Of a stretch of DNA of 64,000 nucleotides, positions 40,484 to 50,200 are shown piece after piece. The stretch comes from a bacterium (GTDB lineage Bacteria; DUMJ01): positions 1 to 64,000 of the forward strand of contig JBMFMV010000003.1 of assembly GCA_049970495.1 (NCBI GenBank), read 5' to 3'. Position 1 is the stretch's first letter. Each line of letters begins with the position of its first letter. A model generated the notes under the pieces. That model was not told where the DNA came from and did no database searches. It saw only the letters and a list, made by a program, of their open reading frames with translations. The position numbers and the translations under genes were made by a program.

Positions 40484-41899
40484 TCAAAGAATTATATGGG
40501 CTGGTTTTAAGGTCCACGTTTGTAACTTGGCTAGCTCTATAATATTTGGAGCACTAAAGTCCTCCGGAAGGATAATCCAATCCCATACCCCCTCTTCTTT
40601 GACTTGACTTTCAAGAAGTAAATTCCCTTTTATTATCTTGATATTTTCAGGTAGTGAAGTGTTGATAGGTAACTGAGAGATTAATACATTGGCCGTAGCA
40701 AAAAAGTCTATTGGGCTTACAATTTTGTCCTGAATAGTTATGGCTTCTGGAATTCGGCCATTCTTATTAATAAATTCCAAAATCCATCTACAAGCGAAAG
40801 CAAGGTCTTCTTTATTAAAAAATATAACTTCGCTATCAATCCTTTTTATGGGTCCATAGATTGTATCAGGTAACTTAAATTTAGACTCTACTATACATAG
40901 ATTGTTATCTATTAAGTTTACTAATAACGATAGGGCTAAATAGAAGATTTCAGCAGGTGATAATGTTATTCTATCAAATCCGTAATAGGTAATTTTAGAA
41001 TTAATCTCTTTAGCTAGGTGAATAATTTCAGAAGTAGAAAATAACTCTTCTTTAGCTTTATTAAAGTATATACTGTAAGCCTCTCTAGCTGTTAGTATTT
41101 GAACGTCTGAATGTGAAGCTATATAGTTTAAATATTCAGAGAAGTATCCGAGCTCTTTTTTCATCCTCTCATAGGATTTTAATTTAGGGATAGTCCAACT
41201 GGAGCGATCTGTATTCTTACCCCTACTAAAATTGACACTATCCCAGAATTCATAGGTGGCAAATTCACATGGATGATACCATATACTAATCACTCCACCG
41301 TCCTCATTTATAAGACGTCTAAAGATATTTTCGAAGTTTTCAATACCTACTTTGATTCCTTCATAACCTAGTTTTAGGTCAAGTCTTGTAGTATTCTCTC
41401 GAAGCCTAAGGATATTGAGTATCCCACAGTACCAGAAGGGCTTTTCATTAAGTCCTATATGCTCAGCTTCATCAAGATAGACTTGAATTCCCCAGTTTTT
41501 AAGAACAGGGTATACATGTGGTGCCCAAGAGGAACCCGGTTGTCCATAACAAGAAGGTATAACATCAAATGTGTCTATTATTTCCTCATACCCAATCCTT
41601 TCTCTAAGTTCAAATTCTTTTATCCCTTCTTCCCACCCAAGGTCTTTTAGATATTCAGCTACTGTTGGATGAACACTGTGTAGATTAGTATGATATCCGA
41701 TATCGTGCTTTTTTAATCTATCAATTATGTCATATCTTCCTCGCTCTTTTAAGGCTCTAACTTTCTCCCCTACTAATTTAAAGGTTCCTTTTATCTTATA
41801 CGAATCTAGGACATCTATTATACCCTTGAGAGCGTCATCGCTTTGTGGAGTAATAAAATCTTCCACGTCAAACCAAAGTAAGACATATACTTTAGACAT
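40484..41899 (-). CDS. Polysaccharide deacetylase (NodB/CE4)-like protein
   Basis: WFDVED and DIGYHTNLH metal-binding motifs, WYHP; extra C-terminal domain unassigned. Confidence 0.6.
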   Translation of the reverse strand: MSKVYVLLWFDVEDFITPQSDDALKGIIDVLDSYKIKGTFKLVGEKVRALKERGRYDIIDRLKKHDIGYHTNLHSVHPTVAEYLKDLGWEEGIKEFELRERIGYEEIIDTFDVIPSCYGQPGSSWAPHVYPVLKNWGIQVYLDEAEHIGLNEKPFWYCGILNILRLRENTTRLDLKLGYEGIKVGIENFENIFRRLINEDGGVISIWYHPCEFATYEFWDSVNFSRGKNTDRSSWTIPKLKSYERMKKELGYFSEYLNYIASHSDVQILTAREAYSIYFNKAKEELFSTSEIIHLAKEINSKITYYGFDRITLSPAEIFYLALSLLVNLIDNNLCIVESKFKLPDTIYGPIKRIDSEVIFFNKEDLAFACRWILEFINKNGRIPEAITIQDKIVSPIDFFATANVLISQLPINTSLPENIKIIKGNLLLESQVKEEGVWDWIILPEDFSAPNIIELAKLQTWTLKPAHIIL

Positions 41900-42014
41900 A
41901 GACGCTCCTCCTTACTTTTGAGTGTTATCTTTAAGAGAATTTTAACATTTCTAGGATATGATAAAATATAAACCTGAAGGCTTATGCTAGATTATAAAGA
42001 AAGGAGATCTATTA

Positions 42015-43466
42015 ATGGTGGAGGAATATACCTTTACTTTTGATTTCACTGAGAAAGACACTAAACAGCATTTCCCAATTACATTTGAGGTAAAAGAGGG
42101 AATAAAAGAGATGTTAATTATTGGAAGTTATCAACCTAAAGCAGCTGACAAGGAACTTTCTAAAGAACTTGCTAAGTCTGCCTTAAGACTTTATTTAAAT
42201 CAGGGTGATATGCCTTTAGATGTAGATGCCTTGTCTGAAGATATTTTAGAAAAAGTAATGGCAGACTTTATTCCGGTGAGTAACCTTATAAACTTTAGAA
42301 TCTTTGACTCACTAGGAAATTTTAGAGGAACAGGTGATAATAGGGTATCTGACGGAATTCCTATAAAAATAGGTAATAACATTAGTTCTTTTGGTTGTGT
42401 CTCTGGAGAAATCTATCCAGGTACTTGGAGACTTATAGTTGAAACCCACGCAGTAATTAATAAATGCCGTTTGAATCTAAAGATTAGACTTAATGATAGA
42501 GAGGAGACTTATGATATACCAGAATTGGCTGGTCCTTATAGGCCTATATGGAATAGAGAGCTACCTAAGAATGGTTGGGTTAAGGGAGATTTTCACTCCC
42601 ATTCCAGGCATAGCGATGGGAGTATGACTATTGAAGAACTAGTTCAAAACGCTATTGATAGGGGGCTTGATTTTATCTTTCTTACTGATCATAATAAGAT
42701 TTCTGGATGGGAGACAGCTAAAGATGAAAAGTTTCCTCTTTTCCCTGGAATAGAGTTTACTACTTTTTGGGGACACTTTACAGCCTTTGGAATAACTAGA
42801 TATATAGAATGGGATAGTATAAATCTTAATAGGGGAATAAATGAAGTTGCTGAGTTAGTTCATTCTCAAGGGGGTCTATTCTGTGTTGCTCATCCGTTTA
42901 CAATAGGGGACCCTGTCTGTACCGGATGCAGATGCATCCTCGATGTAGATTGGAATTGTGTAGATGCTCTGGAGGTATGGGCTGGGACTTTTAGGCAGAG
43001 AAGACACGAGAATACCGAAACCTTAAAATTATGGCGAACTTTGTTGAACCAAGGTTATAGGGTAGTAGGAATAGGTTCTACAGATATCCATTCAACAAAG
43101 GATATTTATCCAGATATATCCATGACGTATGTCTTAGTAGAAGAGTTAACCCTTTCTAATCTATTGGACTCATTAAAGAAGGGGAGAGTCTATGTAACTA
43201 AAGGACCAAAAGTTAGCTTCGACATTGGAAATGCTATTATAGGGGATAGTATCAATACTTCTAAATCATCGGTAAATCTTAAGTATTCTATAACTATGGA
43301 ATCTGATCTCAAGATTATTTATAACGGCAGAGAGACTAGCGCCATAAGAAATACGAGCGCTGGAGAAGTAGAATTTATTCCAGAATACCCTGGTTATGTG
43401 TATCTAGAATTTTGGAAGGGAGGGGAATTAGTCGCTTTTACCAATCCAATATTTATAGAAGATTAA
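42015..43466 (+). CDS. PHP-domain metallohydrolase (CehA/McbA-like)
   Basis: GDFHSHSRHSDG, LTDHN, GIEFTTFWGH, AHP, GSTDIH, AFTNPIF. Confidence 0.85.
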   Translation: MVEEYTFTFDFTEKDTKQHFPITFEVKEGIKEMLIIGSYQPKAADKELSKELAKSALRLYLNQGDMPLDVDALSEDILEKVMADFIPVSNLINFRIFDSLGNFRGTGDNRVSDGIPIKIGNNISSFGCVSGEIYPGTWRLIVETHAVINKCRLNLKIRLNDREETYDIPELAGPYRPIWNRELPKNGWVKGDFHSHSRHSDGSMTIEELVQNAIDRGLDFIFLTDHNKISGWETAKDEKFPLFPGIEFTTFWGHFTAFGITRYIEWDSINLNRGINEVAELVHSQGGLFCVAHPFTIGDPVCTGCRCILDVDWNCVDALEVWAGTFRQRRHENTETLKLWRTLLNQGYRVVGIGSTDIHSTKDIYPDISMTYVLVEELTLSNLLDSLKKGRVYVTKGPKVSFDIGNAIIGDSINTSKSSVNLKYSITMESDLKIIYNGRETSAIRNTSAGEVEFIPEYPGYVYLEFWKGGELVAFTNPIFIED

Positions 43467-44742
43467 TCCCTCTGCCTATAGTAATGTTCCCGTAGGGAAC
43501 TACATATAGAGTAGATTTTTCTTTCAAGGAGAGCATTTCTATTGCCTCTTCTAAATTATCTGCTTTCTTAAATCCTAAAAGTTTTACATCCTCTTCAGAT
43601 AGATCAGTTATTATAACTACTTTTCGTTTCTTCAGTCCGACTCTAATGTCATAAGCTATCTTTCCTATCATATTAAAATCTTTTCTTAATTCTTTTTCTA
43701 ACTCTATGGGTGACTCAATACCTAACCACTCTCTAAGATTCTCTGCCCCTAGCCCTTCGCTACAGGAAGCAACTAATATTATTCCTCCGTCTTCTTTTAC
43801 CATCTGCATAGTATTTATTATAGATTTCATTGCTTGATAGAAATTGATATCAAATGGGTATCCTCCAGCACTTACCAAGACCACATCAGCTTTCTGTTTT
43901 ATTTCTACTGAGAATATCTTCTCGATTATCTTACACCCTGCTCGATGAGCCTGTTTCCAGTTAGTCCCTGAGACTATTCCAGAGAGTTTTCCTTCTGCGT
44001 TGAATATTGTATTTACAATGAAATCTATCCCTGCTAGTTCAGCTATCTCTTCCATATCTTCATGAACAGGATTTCTATCTAAAATTCCAGCGGAAGCCAT
44101 TGGATTATATCCTTTACCAAAGGATGGCTCTAGTAACATAAGATGATTATGACTTATAGTAGGAAAGCCTGAGATGCCAGGTAAAATGGATTTTGCCCCT
44201 CCACTAAAACCTGCAAAGTCATGGTAGTTTATTGTTCCTGTTATTATCTTCAATTCAGCTTCTAGATAATCTCTATTCAAATATATAGGGGTACCTCTAG
44301 AAGAGACACCCCTATATTCTAGAGAAGACATATCCCTGCAGTTATGATTTATTATTCTGAGTTTATTTGTAACTTCTTCCCCTAATAGAGACCTGATTTC
44401 TTCTTGATTAAGCATGGGATGAGCACCTACTGCGATAATTATTTCAATGTTATCTAATGGCATTCCCACTTTAGTAAGTTCTTCTAAGAGGATAGGCACA
44501 ATTTCTTTTGCTAGAGTCCTTCTTGTCTTATCGCTAACTAGGATCACCGCAGAATTTTTACCTTTAGCTACCTCTAAAAGAGATAATCCATACTTTGGTT
44601 TTCTGATAGTTTCGTAAATAGCTTCTTCCTGCTCCACTAATTCAGGATACCTTTTAGGCTTTAGGAAACCTAAAAGGTTTAACCCTCCTATATCGAACTC
44701 CTTTTCTTCTTTATTGTAAGGTAGTTTTACTATTTCTTCCAT
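43453..44742 (-). CDS. LarA-family nickel-pincer 2-hydroxyacid racemase/epimerase
   Basis: SDKTR, GAH, NHNC, HDFAGFSGGAKSILPG, SHNH, GGYPFDINFYQ. Confidence 0.9.
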   Translation of the reverse strand: MEEIVKLPYNKEEKEFDIGGLNLLGFLKPKRYPELVEQEEAIYETIRKPKYGLSLLEVAKGKNSAVILVSDKTRRTLAKEIVPILLEELTKVGMPLDNIEIIIAVGAHPMLNQEEIRSLLGEEVTNKLRIINHNCRDMSSLEYRGVSSRGTPIYLNRDYLEAELKIITGTINYHDFAGFSGGAKSILPGISGFPTISHNHLMLLEPSFGKGYNPMASAGILDRNPVHEDMEEIAELAGIDFIVNTIFNAEGKLSGIVSGTNWKQAHRAGCKIIEKIFSVEIKQKADVVLVSAGGYPFDINFYQAMKSIINTMQMVKEDGGIILVASCSEGLGAENLREWLGIESPIELEKELRKDFNMIGKIAYDIRVGLKKRKVVIITDLSEEDVKLLGFKKADNLEEAIEMLSLKEKSTLYVVPYGNITIGRGINLL

Positions 44743-45680
44743 AATTCAGGTAGAGGATATTCATCTAATAGTTTCTTCATTTTAACTTTTATCTCCTCGT
44801 CAGCAGGACTTAGTGGTAGTCTTGGTATTCCACCAGGAAGTCCTACCAGATTCATTCCTGCCTTCAGTTTTATAATATAGTCTGCCAGGCTATCTCCAAC
44901 TTCTAGTATATAGTCTAAGAGTGGTCCGGCCTGTTTTAGTATCATCTTCGCCCTATCATAATCTTTCTTTTCTTCAGCCTCGTATATACTTAGACAGGTC
45001 TTTGGTATTAGACATGCCTCCCCAGTGACAAATCCACGAGCTCCCATCAGACTAGCATAAGGTTCATGTGGTTCTCCTGCTCCATTGACTATAGAAATTT
45101 TATCACCCAATACTTCTATCATCTTGGCTAGTTTACTTATATAAGGAGAGTTATCTTTTAATGCTACGATATTAGGGACCTCTCCAACAAGTCTTGCCAT
45201 TGTTTCTATGGGTATATCTAATTGTGAAGCAAACCAGTTATTATAGACCATAATGCCTAGTTTTGTCTCTTTAGCTATGGCCTTGTAGTGGTTTAAAAGT
45301 ATCTTCTCCGAAGGTTTCCAATAGTAAGGCGGACTTATCATAACACCATCAAGTCCTGCCTCTTCTGCATAGTGGACTAGCTTTATAACAGTTCTTGTAT
45401 CTGTATGATTACATCCACCAATAACAGGAACCACATCACCAGCTTCTTCTTTTACAATCTTGAATATCCTTCTCCTTTCCTCATCTGTAAGCATTGGACA
45501 TTCTCCGGTACTACCAGCAGGAACTAAGACCCCATTTCCTTCTTTTATACCGCTATCTATGAGGAATCTAGTGAGTCTTCTTAGTCCACCCTCATCTAAC
45601 TCATAATCTTCTTTAAATGGAGTTACCATAACTACAACTATACCTTTAACTTTATCCTTTAGATCCTTAAATTCTAACAT
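44730..45680 (-). CDS. DapA/NanA-family class I aldolase/dehydratase
   Basis: MVTPF, GSTGE, PPYY, YNN, LKD (Schiff-base Lys); ATG chosen from SD AGGAGG (ORF track start 45692). Confidence 0.9.
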   Translation of the reverse strand: MLEFKDLKDKVKGIVVVMVTPFKEDYELDEGGLRRLTRFLIDSGIKEGNGVLVPAGSTGECPMLTDEERRRIFKIVKEEAGDVVPVIGGCNHTDTRTVIKLVHYAEEAGLDGVMISPPYYWKPSEKILLNHYKAIAKETKLGIMVYNNWFASQLDIPIETMARLVGEVPNIVALKDNSPYISKLAKMIEVLGDKISIVNGAGEPHEPYASLMGARGFVTGEACLIPKTCLSIYEAEEKKDYDRAKMILKQAGPLLDYILEVGDSLADYIIKLKAGMNLVGLPGGIPRLPLSPADEEIKVKMKKLLDEYPLPELWKK

Positions 45681-45725
45681 TTTAATCGACACCTCCTGAA
45701 AGCTTAATGTCTGATCTAGGTTGAA

Positions 45726-45754
45726 ATTTTATCAAGTTTATACTTAATTGTCAA
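45726..45754 (-). promoter_or_regulatory. Near-consensus promoter for the dapA-like/larA-like operon
   Basis: Minus strand TTGACA-N17-TAAAAT with extended TGn. Confidence 0.75.
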
Positions 45755-45882
45755 AGGTTTCCCTGCTAATAAGTCTAACTTTTCTTTGAAGATGTAAGAT
45801 TATAATATATTAAACTCTTGTATATTAATCGATTTGTAGTAAAATATATGCAAGATTGTCAGGGTTTGGAAGGAGGGTAATT

Positions 45883-47202
45883 ATGGAAGAATATGTACCT
45901 TATGAATTAAAAGGCAAAAAGATCCTAGAGATTATTCATATTGGTTCTAAGTTTAGTAAAGAGGAGTCTATAGAACTCAAATTTTATATAAAGACCAATA
46001 AAGATTTAGTAAAAGTAGCAAAAGATATAGCTAGAGACGAAACTACTGGTCCTTGGGTTGGGCAAGGGGAACCAACAGAGCTCTTTATCCGTTCTCAGGC
46101 AGATGTGGATAGAATAGAGAGGTATGGGGAGAATGAGGGTGTAATCTATGTAAGAACACCTCTTTCTAATATCTCCCAGGAAGCAGATCCTTTATATCAG
46201 TTTATTATGCTTGCAGTCGGAGGACCTGTATTGGAATTTGTTTATTATCAACAAGTAGCGTTTTTAGACTTTACCTTCCCAGAAAGTTTTTTGATGAGAT
46301 TTTCAGGTCCGAAGTTTGGAATAAATGGTGTTAGAAAACTCTTAAATCTCAAAGATGGAGAACCTATTGTCGGAACAATAATGAAACCTTGTGCGGGATT
46401 AACCCCTAAAGAAGTGGCAGAGAGGTGTTATCAAGCTGCCCTTGGGGGTGTGATGTTTATAAAGGATGATGAAAAGATGTTGGGACCTAGCTATTGCCCC
46501 TTAGAAGAAAAGGTAAAACTTGTATCTCAGGCTTTGAAAAGGGCAGAAGAGGAGACAGGGAGAAGGTGTCTCTATGCCCCTCATATAGTTGCTAGAGCAG
46601 ACAAGATTAAGGATATCGCTAAGAGGGCTATAGAGTGGGGAGCTACTGCCTTGATGTTTAATGCAGTACTAGGTCATACATATGAGGCTCTTAGTATCTT
46701 AGCTGAAGATAACGAGATAAACGTTCCTCTTTATGCCCACTCTGGTGGTAGATCTGGTTTGTCAACAGGTCCAAGGAGGATAGATGATACTGTAATAGCA
46801 AAGTTGTTAAGATATAGTGGAGCAGATTTCTTCCAACATGGAGTTTTTGGTATGAAAGAGATGCATGTTGCTTCATTGGATGATGGATTACTTCATAATC
46901 TGATTAAGGTCTTAAGAGAAGACACTCCAGGTATTAAGGATACAATCCCTGTAGCTGCCGGTGGCCTTGGAGTAACAAATGTTGGGATAAATCTTAAAGA
47001 GCATAGGGATGAAAAATTTGGCTATGGTGTTGCTCTATTAGCAGGTTCTAACGTATTAAAACATCCTGATGGTCCTAAAGCGGGGGCTATAGCTATGCAT
47101 CAGGCAATTCAAGCCTATTATGATGAAGGAATAGTAGATAAGGACAGACTAAATGAATATGCTATAAGAAGAGGGTATAAAGAATTATTGAAAATACTAT
47201 AA
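45883..47202 (+). CDS. RuBisCO-like protein (form IV)
   Basis: GPKFGINGVR, GTIMKP, FIKDDE, YAH, PVAAGG, HPDG; lacks several carboxylase residues; ATG after SD AAGGAGG. Confidence 0.92.
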   Translation: MEEYVPYELKGKKILEIIHIGSKFSKEESIELKFYIKTNKDLVKVAKDIARDETTGPWVGQGEPTELFIRSQADVDRIERYGENEGVIYVRTPLSNISQEADPLYQFIMLAVGGPVLEFVYYQQVAFLDFTFPESFLMRFSGPKFGINGVRKLLNLKDGEPIVGTIMKPCAGLTPKEVAERCYQAALGGVMFIKDDEKMLGPSYCPLEEKVKLVSQALKRAEEETGRRCLYAPHIVARADKIKDIAKRAIEWGATALMFNAVLGHTYEALSILAEDNEINVPLYAHSGGRSGLSTGPRRIDDTVIAKLLRYSGADFFQHGVFGMKEMHVASLDDGLLHNLIKVLREDTPGIKDTIPVAAGGLGVTNVGINLKEHRDEKFGYGVALLAGSNVLKHPDGPKAGAIAMHQAIQAYYDEGIVDKDRLNEYAIRRGYKELLKIL

Positions 47203-47216
47203 AATGGGAGGGGATT

Positions 47217-50200
47217 ATGAGAAAAATCCATCTTGTTCCACATTTTCACTGTGACCCTGTCTGGATAGCAGATCAGAATATGTACCAAGAGGGAGGGGAA
47301 AATCTCCCTAGGATGACTCGCCATCCCTTTGGATTTTTGGACTTAGTAAGATCCTATCTGGATTGTTGTAGAAAAGATGAAGAATATACCATTTTTCTCT
47401 CCGAATTAGACTATCTAAAACCATATTGGGATATGTATCCAGAGGATAGAAAATTTATAAGATACCTTATATCTAGAAGAAGGCTAGATTTAGGAGGTTC
47501 TTATAATGAGCCTAATGAAAATAGTATAGGAGAAGAGGCGCTAGTTAGAAATGTCCTCTATGGAATGACATTTCATAAACTGCAATTAGGTGCGGACCCA
47601 AAGGTTTATCTTCCTTTAGATGTATTTGGACATACAATTCAGCTTTCTCAGATTCTAAAGAAGAGTGGATTTCAGGGATGTATTTGGTCCAAGCATGTAG
47701 TAGGATTTCCTCCAGTGTTTTATCATATGTCTCTAGATGGAAGTGTTCTCCTACATAGAAGAGTAGACTATGGTGGACACTTCCAGAATATAGATATATT
47801 GAAGGAAGACTTATCTCTGAGATTTGAAGAAACAGAAAGTATGAGAATAGATGTAGATTTAAGGTTTATAGGTGGTGATTCAGACCCCCCTACTGAATGG
47901 CTTACAGGGAGGAGTAAAGAACTACGAGAGGGGAGAATTCCTATTTTCCTTTCTGTTCCTAGTAGGTATATAGAGGAACTTCAGAATAGAATAAAGGGGA
48001 AAAGGTTTAGTATTCCATACAGTTCTAGAGATATGGCGTTTTACCATATAGGAACCTCTCTATCTAGGGTAGAATTGAAGATAGCGAACAGGCTAGGGGA
48101 GATTAAACTCTTAAAGGCAGAAAGATTTGCTACTATATCTTATCTACTTGGAGCCAAATATCCTCATAAGGCTTTAGATAAAGCGTGGAGACAATTACTA
48201 TTTAATCAGCATCATGATGCTATAACAGGAACTTCAGGAGATAAACCTTACGTTGATCTTATGATAGGATACAGGGAATCTCTAAGATTATCCAGTTCTA
48301 TACTTAATAGTTCACTTAAGTTTCTCTCTTCACTAATAGATACTGAGGGACAGGGGGTTCCTATTGTTGTGTTTAATAGTCTAAATTGGACTCGCTCTGA
48401 CCTGTGTAAGATCAAGCTTCCTGTCGGATCTTACAAGATAGTAGATAGTACAGGGAAGATTTACTCATCTCTCAGTGTAGAAAAAGGGAATAATGTTGAA
48501 GTCTTTTTCATAGGAGAAGACATTCCACCACTAGGATATAAGGTATTCTTTGCTATTCCAACCAAGAATAAGAAAGAATTAATAAGGGATAGAGGAACAG
48601 TTATAGAGAATGATTTCTATCGTATAGAAGTAGACCCTACCAAAGGTGGAAGGATTAAGAGTCTTGTTTATATGGGTAGAGAATTTGTAAAAGAAGAGAG
48701 AGGAATGAATGAACTTATTTTACTCAAAGAAGATCCAAATAGAAGGGAACCTTCTTGGGAAGTATTTACTACAGGTGAAAAGTTAAGTTCAAGCGAATTT
48801 CCAGCAGATGTGGAAAGAGAAAGGAATGAACTATATGAAAGACTCATTATATCAGGAAGAATAGGAGATTTCTGTAAATTTAGACAGATAATAACCCTTT
48901 ATAAAGGTATAGAAAGAATAGAGTTTGTTACTGATATTATTGATTATAAGAAGAAGACCTCAGAAGATGATATGTTTGTCGTTGTATTCCCTACCACTTT
49001 AGAAAATACCCTTCCTACTTTTGAAGATAGATTTGGAGCATTAACAAGGAGAAAGAGTAGGGGATATCTAGACTTTAGAACTTGGCAGTGGAGGAATTAT
49101 TCTAGTTGTGGTATATATCCAGCTTATAGATGGGTAGATTTAGGTCCCTCAGTGACTATAAGGATAGGGTCAAGTAGTTTGCCAATCGGCCTTACAGATA
49201 TAATAATACCGCACAATAAAGATTTGGAATCTAATATCCCTATTCTGTTGAAGTCTTTAGCTAATAAGGGGATAACAGCCTCTATTATGTATGATGATAA
49301 CGATATGGATAGACGAAGTAAGCTTTTGAGTGAGGATAGCACTTTACCACTGTTTGAGGAGGACATATTTGCAACATTTAGAGTTTCTATAGGGCTTCCT
49401 AATAACAGTTACATAGAAAGAATAATTTCTAGACTGCCGAAGGAAGTCGTAGAGAGATTCCAGAAGGCTATAGAAGAGAAGGGTTATGGGTTACTTCTAG
49501 TAGAAGAAGATGTACCGGTACTTGTAATTTCTGCTAAGAATATATCCAGTCTTATAGATATTTTTACTAGGATAGAAAAGGATTTAGCCGATAGAATAAT
49601 TGACCTTTCTGAAGATGAAGGGTATATATCTTACAAAGAAGTTCCTTCTTTTGGATTGACTCTAATAAACAAAGGTAATATAAGTAACAGTGTAGAGAAT
49701 GATAATACTATTGTAATGCTCTTACAACATACCGCAAGATGGTCTGGTAAGCACTTTGACTTTGACTTTGTTCCTGAAGAAGGGACCCATAGGTTTATAT
49801 ATGCCCTTTATCCTCATAAGGGCACTTGGATAGAGGCAAAGTCTTATAAAAAGGCGATAGAGTTCAATTTTGAACTAGATAGTATAGTCACAGATTCTCA
49901 TAGCGGCTATTTCCCAAAGAATCATAGCTTTATAAATTTTGGAAATAGCGATATTATACTTACTGCTTTAAAGTTAGAAGGAGTTCCTTTAGCAGGGCCG
50001 ATTATGGATGCTGGTGATAGTGATAATATCATAATAAGGGTATATGAACCTTGTGGTAGAGAAACCTGCTTTGATATTTACTCTAGTTTTCCTATTTTAG
50101 AGGCGCAAAGGACAGACCTTATGGAGAATGAAATTACTCCTATTAGTAGTTTTTACCTTACGCCATTTTCTATTGAAACTTATAAGCTTTCATTAAAAAG

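Noticed and set aside
45883..47202. True RuBisCO / Calvin cycle
   Set aside because: N123, K177, R295, H327 and S379 equivalents are missing; no prk or small subunit nearby
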